Positions 1 through 11,479 of a DNA stretch of 64,000 bases are shown here, one piece after another (position 1 is the first letter of the stretch; each line of letters starts with the position of its first letter). The translations under genes and the position numbers were made by a program. A model generated the notes under the pieces. It was not told the DNA's origin. It was given only the letters and a program-made list of their open reading frames with translations, and searched no databases. Source of the stretch: Hyphochytrium catenoides (taxonomy: Eukaryota > Protista > Hyphochytriomycota). The DNA is taken from the NCBI GenBank assembly GCA_900088475.1, contig FLMG01000265.1, forward strand, positions 186,001-250,000, read 5' to 3'.

Positions 1-1
1 T

Positions 2-575
2 AGAGACGAGCGTCGTAGAAGGACGACTAGTCATGTTCTTAGGAAGTTCAGGTCATTGACCCTGAATGATATGCGGACATTCGCCAAAGCCGTTACGAGC
101 AGCAGCAGGTGAGCTTTACCATTCAGCTAGACGGGATGTAGAGCGGCCTAAAATCATCTTTATGAGCAGAGACTTCGCCGTTACCACCGGAAGCGAGGCT
201 TCATCTTCCACCTTCGACGATGTTTTAAAGAGTACAGCAGCGGATTGCATCAAGCACTATGACGCAGTCGTTCAGAACGAATCTGAAGAGCTATTTATAT
301 TTCAGACACGAAAGCCAACCTGGAATAGTGATCTTCGAGCTTGGACCTTGAACTTCGGCGGTCGTGTAAAGCAAGCGTCCAAGAAGAATTTTTTGATTAG
401 CGGTGAAGAAGGAAACAGCAGGATGGAGGAAGAATTTGGGACCGACGACATCGTCTTCCGCTTTGGCAAGGTGAATAAGAATAAGTTTTCCTGTGACTTC
501 AGCTATCCGTTCTCTCCTGTCGTCGCGTTAGGTACGGCAGTAACGTCTTTTGCCGACAAGCTAATAGTAACATAA
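2..575 (+). CDS. Tubby-like protein, C-terminal Tub domain (5'-partial, runs off the window)
   Basis: Tub C-terminal motifs KPTWNSDLRAWTLNFGGRVKQASKKNF and FRFGKV...FSCDFSYPFSPVVALGTAVTSFADKL. The frame is open from position 2 to a GT donor at ~109, with an acceptor at ~168. TAA stop ends at 575. Confidence 0.9.
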
Positions 576-602
576 TCCTTAATACAATCTTTCAATCTTT
601 CA

Positions 603-1819
603 TCAGTCTTTTTTAGCAACGTCAATCCCTAAGCTGTACCTTTCCACTATGTCAAGAAAGGCTAAAAGCTCCCCTGATCTTATGCATGATGCGGTGCCTT
701 CAATATACTGAACTGCTTCATGCTTGTCGGGCTGGGGGTTTACAACCCCTTCTACAACTCCGATAGCACCACTGTCCCTGATGATTGGACCTCCGCACAT
801 CCCCCAGCCCATAGGTTTATCTGTTCTAATAAATAGCTGGTGGTCCGTAAAAGCTGCTATCTGCCCCGACATTTCTTTAGGAATCTGGGCCAAAGGACGA
901 GAAGGATCTAGATCAGAAAGGGTCTGGGGAGGGGGAAAAACGAGACAGCTGGGCTACCTGAACTCTTGTGTCCTGTTGACTCTCTGGGACACTACCGCTT
1001 TCTGAGATCTCATGTCCTACACATTGAACGATCTAGGACGATATGACATTAAGCAGCGCCCCATTGAGTATGACTTGAGGGGTGCCCTCACCTCCTCGTG
1101 CTTCACTGGCAACAGGTCTAGGGTAAGAGGCTGAAGAGGACTTCCAGAGGCAGACAGCTGCCTGTTTAGCTCCACCTAATACCAGTCACGGTAAGGTTGA
1201 GAATGTTAAGGTCTCTTCTGCACTACACGGCGTTTCCTACCTCGTCCTCGAAATGAACCACCGCAAGGTCACGAGAAGGATGAGTAAAGACCTTCCTTGT
1301 TAGCGGCACCTCAAGGAGAATTTGACCAGTCTCTACCTACAGGGGCGGAGCGCTTCAGTAAATAGATCCAATAAGATACGAGAACCGCAAATCTCGTGGA
1401 GCTAGCACCTCACGGAACTCCACAGTCATCCGAGTGTGGGACTCATTGACATGCTGGAGCCAAGACCAGACATCTTTGAAATATCGCTCATAGAGCCATG
1501 GAGATGTCACATGCGCTGACGTGATCAGGTGCAATCGCTTCGGAAACACCTCGCGATTGCGGCTTACACAAAACGCTGATGCCCTACACGTCATACCAGT
1601 TGGCAAGATAGTACCTTGGAGAAGAAAACACACCAGCCTAGATACAGCTCTTTAGATAAGTACCTGGATAGAATCTCAAAGTCCTGCATGCCAAAAGCCG
1701 GCTGTTTGAACCTTGATAACGGTGCATCAGAAGCCAGGACATTTAGTCAGGGCCATGAGTCCTTACCATGTAGATATTGAAACGACATGCCTCAGAAGGC
1801 CTTTCCTACTAATCTCCAT
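603..1819 (-). CDS. Chymotrypsin/trypsin-fold peptidase with Cys in the nucleophile motif (multi-exon; 5' end may extend to ~2033)
   Basis: Spliced reading FEILSR|ASAFCV...LITSAHVTSPW (His motif), DLAVVHF at ~1250-1270 (Asp motif) and GWGMCGGPII (nucleophile loop, TGC codon 795-797). Introns are GT-AG, e.g. 1673-1584. Confidence 0.75.
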
Positions 1820-2389
1820 GGCACCAGGAGTAGACTTGAAGCCTGTTGCACCCTCAACAGATCACGGAAACTCGACCCTGGGCTACACAGACGTGAACGA
1901 TTCCTCTGAAACCTATCAATAAAGTAAGGCCAGACAACAAGCAAGCTCCGGACAGCTCTCCGGACTATTCGCCTTCGTTTCGAAGCTTTCAGAGCTTACT
2001 AGGTGCTGGTGATGGCTGCAATCTTGGCCTCATAGAGGTGCTGTCCGCTGGATCAGAACAGCTTCAGAGCTTCAGAGTATTTGTTACAAACCAGAGCACC
2101 CCCAGTACTCCACCAAAGGCTGTGCTACGGCAAAGCATCAACAAAAGTGAAACCTCTCGTGTAGGGCAAAAGATACTCACTAACTCCTCTCATTCCCAAG
2201 GATACTGGGAAGAGACCGAAGGGAAACTTTTCTGACCGCGACAGCATTCAGCCATAAGCTGTTCAGGTCGTTCAGGAAAAGCTAACGCTTAACCACGCCG
2301 AAGCATCTGGCGATCTGCCCATAACCAACTAGCAAGACGTTGGAAAGTGAGGTGCGTGCTGTTAAGTTCTTGTTATATCCTCTGGGATA

Positions 2390-5300
2390 ATGGATGAAGC
2401 AGTGGACGATGGCCTTATCGAACAGCTGACGAAAAGGCTTTATGAAGAGGTGAGGAGCGATAACGTCTTCAGGGAAGAGGCTTCAGAGACAACTTACCGT
2501 ACAACAGGTGATTCTAGGTAGCTCATTGGACAAGAAAGCCGACATTAGGCGGATTTTATGCGAATCGCTGAGAAGACCGATCACCACTCCTCCACTGCCG
2601 CCGTCACGTCTAACGTTGGGCATACAGCCAATAATAACTTCCCCCAGCAGGCGAAGTCCGCAGTCCCCAACACGGTCCGGCGCTTCCTCTCCAGTTAGTG
2701 TTACCCCCATGCTAGAAGATAGCAGGGTCTATCTCTCCATACTGACACCGCTGTTGACAGGTTTTCAAGGTATGGACGAGCGAGGATGCCACAACATGCG
2801 GAACGAAGGTGAGCGATGACAATGTGGGAGCAGTCAATAAAATTGCTCAGTGAGGCCCATGCAGTTGCTCGGACGCTATGTGCTTAAGTTGGACCGCTTT
2901 CCCGACTGTGCTGTGATCAAATCTCCTTTTCCAGATGACGTAGGTGAGCAAGATCTGAACGCTTAGGATATTGCTCAAGCCCCTCTAAACTATGTGACAG
3001 TACCGAACTTTCGAAGACTACCAGGCACTCCGTTCTACGGTGGTGGTCAACCGACAGAGGTTAGTGGCTCCGAAGGCCTGTCCTGCTAGAGCCGTGCTAA
3101 TCAGCCTCGCAGGAAGGTGTAGTGAAGATCATGGACTACATCAAAAAGGATGGCTTTTCAAAGGCGATTTGGCTCAATTTGAGAGAGGTTCGCGATCAGG
3201 CATCAAATCTGCAGTGTAGAGTGTGACTCACTGNNNNNNNNNNNAGGTCCTCTTGTTAACCAACATATTTGTTCTCTTCAGCAACCCTTATTCACATACA
3301 GCAAGATATAATACGCGAGACGGTGGACTGCAGAAAGCCACTTTATTATTGGTATGAGCCACAGCTCAACACGAACGCTCTCAAAGCTACGGAAGTGAAG
3401 GCAGACCAGGTAAGCGCACTGGGTGTCTTCACCAAGAATGCTCCTTGTTCACCACTGGAATTCTTCAAAAACTCAGGTTAAAACAATAGCAGAGGTCTTT
3501 GAAGACATTAAGACCAGACTAGACTGGCATGTGACATATCTCCGGGTGCCTGTGGACAGGTGCAGAACCTGAGCAGGATTGTACGACTGCATTTCCAACG
3601 TTTAATGGTTTAGGGAAAATGCACCAGAAGAAAAGAGTTTCCAAAAGCTACTGGATATGATAAAGAGTCTGGATACCAGCACCGCAGTCGTCTTCAACTG
3701 CCAGGTATTATAGAAGCAGAGCACTTTCTCACAAAAATAGGGATATTGATAGTATTTACATCTTAGATGGGCCGAGGGAGGACAACCACAGGTCAGCTCA
3801 AATCACGCTTACTCTAGCGAGCTGCTACTAACCTGAGATCACCATAGCCTTGGTTATTTCTAGTCTTATACACGGTATTTCCAGCGGGAAGTATGTTGCA
3901 AGCTCAGCGACTGTGCCTTCCTTCAGTCGACGCACCTCAGAGACCGCCAACCTGGCAGAGGGAGAGTTTAAGGTCTAGCATAAAGACTACCTGAGATGGG
4001 CACCGACGAACTCTTATCTCTCTCTTCCCTATATATTCCACCCTATCAACGTTGACTCATCTATCTAGCTTGTTCGCGAACTCTTCAATATCTTGGAGTA
4101 CTCTATGGAGGCGAAGTGGATGGTGGACGAGGTCATCAAAGAGAACGCTAGCATCACGGATCTTAGGTCCATTATCTATGAGTACCGGGAGGTACAGTAC
4201 CGTTCATTGGTCTCGAAAGAGATGAAGAGGGTTCTACAATCTGATCTAACTTCGACCTTGCTCTTTGCCATTGACAGAAGTCCGACATTGAGCCAAAGCC
4301 AGCACTACGAGCCGTTTATTTGGTACGACTTGCAACTTTCGAGAATCTTGCTGTACCAAATGTGTGCTCTCGTTTTCTGGGGCGCTACTTTTTCTCACTA
4401 TGCAGTCCTCAATACCGTTGCACGATTCGATTCGATCAACTCCACGTGATCTGACCGCATTCACAGACTCGTGCTTGTCACTTCCTGGAGCGCTACTTTT
4501 TCTTGATACTATTTGCCACTTACTTAATGGAGAGACGAGAAAATGGCGGTACAGAGCCATTTACCCAATGGCTAAACAGAAGACCACAACTGTACCGACT
4601 CCTGGTGAGAAAGCCTCTTTCATCTACTTGCCAGCATATGCAGGCACTTCTTCCCTAATGTGCCTGACCCCTATTACTTCCGACCCAAGCTTCTCGCTAA
4701 TACTTGTTTTCAGGAGACTTTTGGCGGCATTGAATATGACGGCCCAGTATTGGGTCTAAAAATTTTGAAGAAAGATCACTTTCCAGATATTCATAAGCTA
4801 CCACAGGTGTGGTTTGGCCTGCTGTTTGGGCAATCAGTTTTGAACCGTCTTCGCCCCTTCTACCTCCATTTGACCACCTTCTTGGGGATGAAACCTTCTT
4901 TTTTAGGTCTTTGGAGAAGCAGTTCCTAACTTCAGGCGAATAGGAGATATGCCTATTTATGGTGTTGGTCAGGTATGAGCCATGCACGGCGAAAAGAGGT
5001 CTCAGGGGGAGTTACGCAACATCAGCTTATGCCCTTGAAGTGTGCGTTAGACGGTTTCCATAAAGTATTGGATGCGATCGAGCAGGATGGGTTTACGAAG
5101 GTAAGAACTTTACGCTTCTTGCTTACACATCCTCAGGGTCCCCCCCATCCTGGTCCATTGTCTGAAGCTTAACAGGTCTGTATTTAGTTCATCTGGATCA
5201 ATCTGAGGGAAGAAGCGATAGTCTTCGTCCGAGGACAGCCTTTCGTCATGCGCGAACCAGACAAAATCTTTCATAACCTCGAGTATCCAGGAATAGAAGT

Positions 5301-7114
5301 GAATGAGCTGGAGCGCATTGAAAATGTACTCAAGAAGGAGGTGTTGACTAGAGTTGAGAAGCTAGGGGGCATCTTTGTATATTGGTAAGCCCCTCGAGGT
5401 CCACCTCGCTCCCCCTAGTCTATTTGATGGGTTCTAGTCCTAGAATGCCGTTCTTTTGCACCACTTACTTGGTGACTTTCACAAAATCCTGCCATCGGTC
5501 GCTTGGCTGACCCTTCACTCTATCTGTATTCCTCTTCCTGCATATTGCGGGCTCGCTCTGACTCTCTTCAAGGCACGAGCCCCGAATGTTTGTCAACGAA
5601 GAGGCAACGTACAGTATCGAGGAGAGCGATATACAAACTCCGGCTGAAATTTACTCCGCGCTTGCTCACGATTACCCTCTCAAGTATGCGCGCATTCCTG
5701 TAGGTAGCGCTTAAACTTTGAACCCTCGTAGAAGCCTTAGAATTCAGAAATAGATAGCATTGGGTTGATACCTGTCCCTGCCCCTGCCTCTACGCTGGTT
5801 CAGGTATCGGATGAGACTGCTCCAGAAGAGAAGGATTTTGACGACATCCTCCGTCTTATCCTTCCCAGCGTTAGCGATCTGGATGTGGCGATCATTTCTA
5901 ACTGTCAGGTAGCAAATCCGAAAGGTTTATTCTTACCAATCTCACCTCTTTTAATCGGCAGATGGGCAGAGGAAGAACGACAACGGGTAAGCCTTTTTCT
6001 AATGTTCTCGATAAGCCATGAATCGATGGAGTTCCTGTGATGTGTGCTAATAAGAGGCTGGCGCCAAGCTCTTTGTGTTATCCAGATGATCACTGCTATT
6101 CAGCTTAGAAGAGAGAAAACTAAGTACCCCCCTGGTTCAGTTCCTGCCCAGCCAGGTCAACCATCCTATAAAAAGTAAGAGAACAAGGGTAGGTGGAGTA
6201 AAACCATCCTCTGACTCTCTTGCCACCTCTAGTGGTGAGTTCGATGTTATATGCAAGCTCTGTTCAATTCTGGTGGACGGACCGGAGGCGAAACATCTCG
6301 TGGATCAAGCAATTGACAGGTCCAAAGTGAAGCTAGAAATGCTTTATTGAGGTTTAGAGGCAGAGATGTACAGAAGGCCAACATGGGAATAAGAAATAAG
6401 AGTAACGCGCGCCTTGGCGTTGGCTGGAGAGAAAATATTGTTCTAGAGAAGGGGCGAGATTTTGTCACTAGGCAGATGCAAGAAGGCGACTAGTACCTTT
6501 GCAAATCTCTTGGGTAAAGCGACTAACCTCTCTTACAGTTGCGAGCACATGCAAAACTTGCGGGAGGCCATCATCTTCACCAAACAGCATGCCGAAGAGC
6601 AGACTTCACAAGAAAAGCGTGAATTTTATCTAAAACGTGCCTGTAGGTGACCTCTTCCCTCGTTTCCCTGTGGCTACCGTGTGACGTGACTAACAGTCGG
6701 ACGTGTTTTATTAGTGAATTACTTGGAGCGCTACTTTTACCTGATTGCATTTGCGTCCTACTTGCGTGATCAAGTAAACAACGGATTTGGTCGGCTCTTC
6801 ACCATCTGGATGAGGGAAAAATACTCTAATCAGCTATACAACCTGTTAGACAATCTCTACTTCGAGCACACTTTAGGTCAGTCAATGCTCCGCTCTCCTG
6901 TCTTGCTTTGTGTCCGCCTGTCGGTGCTCTCTGTACGCCATTCTTCAACTTACTCTTTATGGAGGAGCTTCGCAGCTTTGGCATTTTCTTTCTCAATGTC
7001 CTTACTCTGGCTGACCTCTCATATTGACGTTTTTGATCAGGGCAAGAGTCCTATCTCGCTACCATGAGGTGGCGCTGGCGGAAGGAGCGGAAGACCGTAC
7101 ATCGTCTCCGTTAA
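2390..7114 (+). CDS. PALD1: Paladin-like phosphatase with two PTP-like domains (intron-rich)
   Basis: Repeated paladin motifs LKLDRFP/LKKDHFP, PNFRR...YG, WLNLREE/WINLREE, two NCQ|MGRGRTTT loops, and YLERYFYLIAFASYL. The last exon reads GQESYLATMRWRWRKERKTVHRLR-TAA (7112-7114). A small N gap lies at 3234-3244. Gene ends were assembled by eye. Confidence 0.85.
3767..3791 (+). other. 25-nt micro-exon encoding the MGRGRTTT loop, paladin domain 1
   Basis: tcttag|ATGGGCCGAGGGAGGACAACCACAG|gtcagc. Confidence 0.8.
5962..5986 (+). other. 25-nt micro-exon encoding the MGRGRTTT loop, paladin domain 2
   Basis: cggcag|ATGGGCAGAGGAAGAACGACAACGG|gtaagc. Confidence 0.8.
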
Positions 7115-7526
7115 TAGTCAGGGTTTTCTACATATATAGATCAAATGGGAGTAGTGTGATTACTCTTCATGACAAGGAAATGGCATCTCCGAAGGAGACT
7201 CATTGTTACCTCAAGGTAACCTTGCACTCCTCTCAAAGGAATGTCTTGACAGAGGAGTTATTAACACGGCTACAACTAAGCACCATATGATATGTGTCCG
7301 TAGCATGGGGCGGGGAAGCTCTCATTTATCTGATAACAGCCTTGGCAGCTCCCCCATCAATGATGCGAAGGGACTTGACACATGGTCTGGCCTTTGAAAG
7401 ATGCTATTGTAGTGCAGCTTGCACTCTGGACACTCTTGTGCTGACGAGACCAGTCTTAAGTTCAGGGCCGGTCGATAGCTTTCCCCAAAATAAAGGAGAA
7501 CCAGGAAGACAGTACTCTCCTAGGAG

Positions 7527-8111
7527 TTACACGACCACCTGCACACTTGTTGGAGCCTCATCTGGGATAAGAGTGGGACTGGCGGGAAGAAGGGGCTCTC
7601 CTTCCTCAAGAGCAATTGCTTGATCTTCTCGTAACGACTTCTCATACCAGACAGCCCACACTATAAAGGCTGCTGTGATCACAACGCCTGATACTATGAG
7701 GATGGTAGGAATGGGCCAAGAAGGCTCTACCAGTCGCAAAAAAGCGCGAAAGAGAGACAAGACCACAACGAGCTGCAGAGCGAAGAAGATGGTTGCAGCA
7801 TACCAGTTGACCGGCAACCACTTCGGAGAATCTCTAGCTTGACTTCGTGCTTCCTCCATTATCTCAGTTGGTATGAGCTTGATAGCGAGCCATAAAAGGA
7901 AAGGGAGGATAATGAGGTCGTCCAATAGCCCCAGAACAGGGATGAAATCCGGGATTAGATCGATGGGACTGAGAGCGTAACCCAAGGCTGCGAATGCCAA
8001 AAGCTTGGGGCAACTTCCCACTCGTGGGTCATGAACAGCAATATAGAGAGCTACCAAGTCATGTTTGAGGTCACGTGCTTTGCCTTTAAGCCACCGCAAC
8101 ATGTTAGCCAT
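7527..8111 (-). CDS. DUF1232/YkvA-family membrane protein (single exon)
   Basis: Signature YALSPIDLIPDFIPVLGLLDDLIILP, followed by two extra hydrophobic C-terminal segments. Confidence 0.9.
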   Translation of the reverse strand: MANMLRWLKGKARDLKHDLVALYIAVHDPRVGSCPKLLAFAALGYALSPIDLIPDFIPVLGLLDDLIILPFLLWLAIKLIPTEIMEEARSQARDSPKWLPVNWYAATIFFALQLVVVLSLFRAFLRLVEPSWPIPTILIVSGVVITAAFIVWAVWYEKSLREDQAIALEEGEPLLPASPTLIPDEAPTSVQVVV

Positions 8112-8343
8112 TCTGAGCCCCTCTCAGTCGGTCTGGGGCAGCCCTCCCTAGTGCTTGTTGAAGAAGCGAAGCCTGAAGCCGATCTCTTGCGGCAGTACTG
8201 CTGATCCTCCGTTAGGAAGAGGAAAGCTGTCACGGCAGGGCGGCCTACCACTTCTATAACCGAGTGTTTCCAATGAGTTTGCAGATTTTCTCTTGAGCCT
8301 TACCGCTGTCAAACAACGATTATAAAGCTGGCATCACGCCTCA

Positions 8344-11300
8344 CTAGCCATGAGCAAGCTTTTTTATGAGCGGAACTCCCTTCTCTCCAAGCTGCAGAAG
8401 GTCTTGAGACCCACGTCTTCTTTCTGATGACTTGACTTCCGCCCTGAAAGTCAAACAGGAAACAGCATGTCTGTTCTGCATCGTACAACCCGATATATTC
8501 ATAATTAGGGTTAAGCTGCTACAGGATAAATAGAACAAGGCTACTTGTATTCCGGATATCCGTCGGGGCAGAGTGCAGGTTTACTAACAAATCGTCGTCC
8601 CAAGGATCCCAACTTCCCTTGGACCATCACAAGGTAGACCACCAGCAGCAATGAGACTGCAAGTCCAACGAGTGTCCGTTCCATCACCAGTCTCAGCGGG
8701 TAGGTTGAGGGCACCGAGATGAAGACAAGCCAGATAGTAAGGGCAGAGGCAAGCCACATATCTATGAACATGGCCAGCACAGGGTGCCGATACCTGGTCA
8801 GGGCAAAGAAAGGCATGCGACAGAAAGTGGCTAAGTCATGGGCTCAAGAGCTTTGAGACAAAGGCAAACAGACCACACAAAGGGTGTGAACAACATCACG
8901 CACCTGAAGTCAAATGGCGATGGACGGCGGCGCAGTGGCACGTAGTGGCCCAGGAAGAGGTCATAAGCATCCTGGCGAAACCCATCTCGGAAGTTGTTGA
9001 TGAAGTACCGCCGTGTCGACTTGATTCCGTCCGTTAGCTTGGAAGAAGCTCCATGCTTTCCTGTTCTCTGAAAGTCTGACCGCAGTCCTTTGGTACCTGT
9101 ATATTGTTCGCTGATAGCGTCGCCATGATCCGTCCACAACTGTCTGAAGCGTATCTCAAAGCTTTCGAAGGAGGTTGAGAACAAAGGTGGATCCTGCTGC
9201 TCCAGCTGCCCAACTGCTTGCATTATCGCCCTTCGGGATAAGAAAGCCTGGACAATATTGGTTCTATCAGCGTTGTCCATGCAATTCACCCTGAAAACGC
9301 CGTTCTGTCTCTCCTGGACTCTTCCCACGGCGTCAACCTTGAAGCAATTTTGTACCCGGAATTCTTCATCAAGCTGAAGCACAACATGTTAGCCGTGAGG
9401 TTTAGACCAGATGGGCAAGCACTAACACCGTTTTGAAACTGGGGTCTCTCCAACCTCCAGCATAAATCGATGAGAATGGGCAAACGTGAGGAAATCTCGA
9501 ATGGCGACAGGAGCAGCCTTTCGTATAGTTAAAAAGCGATGGACTTCGGGCACCGGAGCTTCACTCGAGCATCAGGAAAAGAAGTTTCAGAGGTCTTAGG
9601 AATAGGAGAAAAGCATTCGCAGTACTTGCAGGTCCCACCTGTGTCATCAGTTTTTCTAGATTTTGATACCGATTATATCCACACTCCGCGTGGATGTCAA
9701 ACCAGACCGCCTTGATTCTACCCTCTTGGAGCCGCTTCACATATTTCATGTAGGAAGACCCGAGCTGGCTTTCATCCTGAACTACGCTACCTCGTCCATT
9801 TCTTCTTAGAAGGTTGACAATACAGAGTCTGCCATATTTGATGAGATGCTCCTCCAAGTGCTGGTTCAGAACCCCCTCATTGTAGTCCTGCGTCTGAGTT
9901 GAGTTAAAGTAGCGCACACGGGGCTGCTTCTTCAGTGTGGGAGGCTGATCCCAATACAGAGGAACGGATCCACGGACCTAAAATACAGAGCAGAATTTGA
10001 TTGGTCACGGTCGAGCAGGTTAGTATCCTTGACACGGAAGACTTTCTTTAGAAGTGACGTCCTCCCGGAGCATTTGTTCAAGCTGTCCCTCACTTCACTT
10101 GCAAGTTCCTTTGCACCGATTGGGCACATACGTATCATCCATGTGAATCCACCCACTATTCCAAGCTGCATGCAGTACCCAACGCTGTCGAATACCCCCG
10201 AAGTTCTTTTTACGATTCATCGCCTTTATGTCAAGGTAAATGCCGGGTTGTCTTTCTAAACGCGCTCGTATATTATGCCCATACTCACTTGCACATGCGA
10301 TATAAGAGATCCGTCAGGTTTTTCGAAAAGCACTTCGCTCTCAACGTAGTTGGCAACCTGTCCATAGCGGTCTGAACCTCTCATATTGAAGCGGGTACCT
10401 GCACGGCGGCAACTCCGCCGGGCGAAGAAATAGAGAGAGCCCTTTGTGCTTCCCATATTTACAGCTGGAATGACAACACAACGGACAGATGGTAGGTGAG
10501 AGTAATGTCATTGCGAGCAGATAAACACAAGGAAAACGCCAGTCTCGACAAAGCATCAGAGTAAATGAGGCTAACAAAGATCAGTGAATAGTTTTAGGTA
10601 GATCCAGTTCTTACTACATCTAAGCAGCAAAACCAATGACATTTTTTCATAGATCCAAATGGCTGCTTTGTAAGTGGAGGAGAAGAGAGTTGTAGATGCA
10701 GTGAACATAACGTAAGAAGGCTAGTCCCACTGATTAGCCTAGTCACAGTCGCTCAATACCACTGACTGAGCGGAAGAAGCCGTTTGTGACAACTAGGAGC
10801 CATTTGTCCATGCCCAGATCTTCCAGGTCTGCTACCAAGTGCTTATTCCAATAGAATCGCCGCTCGGCGCGAGCACAGGGGGCTTTTCTAGAGAGTAAGA
10901 CGTCGCCTTTGACCTCCGACAGTCGTTGAGCTGTATGAGTTATCTCAAAATCATAAGAAAAGTAGAAAGACCTATGTTGGGGAGCATTTTGATGAAAGGT
11001 GCAGCCAGTGATTAGAGCATTACCCACAAGACACGCGCTATACTACAAGACTACAATTGTAAGTGTCAAGCTCAAGAACAGAAGAAGACTTACTTTGACT
11101 TTATCAGCAACTTCAGCAACTCTACGTAGATTTTCTCATCTCGCAGTTCCCTCGAAGTAAGCTTTGTCTTGGCATTCGAGCCCAATAAGGGAAATAAATC
11201 ACAGTCATGGATGCAGAAGATTTTGGTTCCCTTTGGGCCTGGGCAGACTAGTTCAGCCTTGGTGATAACGCAGACATAAGGGCCTAAAAGTAGCCGAAAG

Positions 11301-11479
11301 ATTCCCAAAAGGCCAAATGCGGCTTTGGAGCTCAGGGACTGCTCGTTGATCTCAGCGCTACGGATCTCAGAGATATCAACTTTCTGGTTTTCCTTGCATG
11401 AGATGCGGAGGCAGTTCGCCTCTCGGATGTTTTCAAGCACCACATGGTCAGCAAAGGTATGATACTTGAAGGCCACCAT
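8344..11479 (-). CDS. SAC1: Sac1 phosphoinositide phosphatase (multi-exon, C-terminal TM hairpin)
   Basis: Motifs FYFSYDFEITHTAQR, RFYWN, RRSCRRAGTRFNMRG, NYVESE, RGSVP, catalytic CX5R RVNCMDNADRTNIVQ, and QYTGT...DF.RTGK, RYFINNFRDGFRQDAYDLFLG. Two TM segments are followed by GRRFVSKP. Confidence 0.92.

Noticed and set aside
9258-9290. Sac1 motif CMDNADRT (versus CMDCLDRT) as a pseudophosphatase
   Set aside because: The catalytic Cys, Asp and Arg-Thr of CX5RT are all retained.
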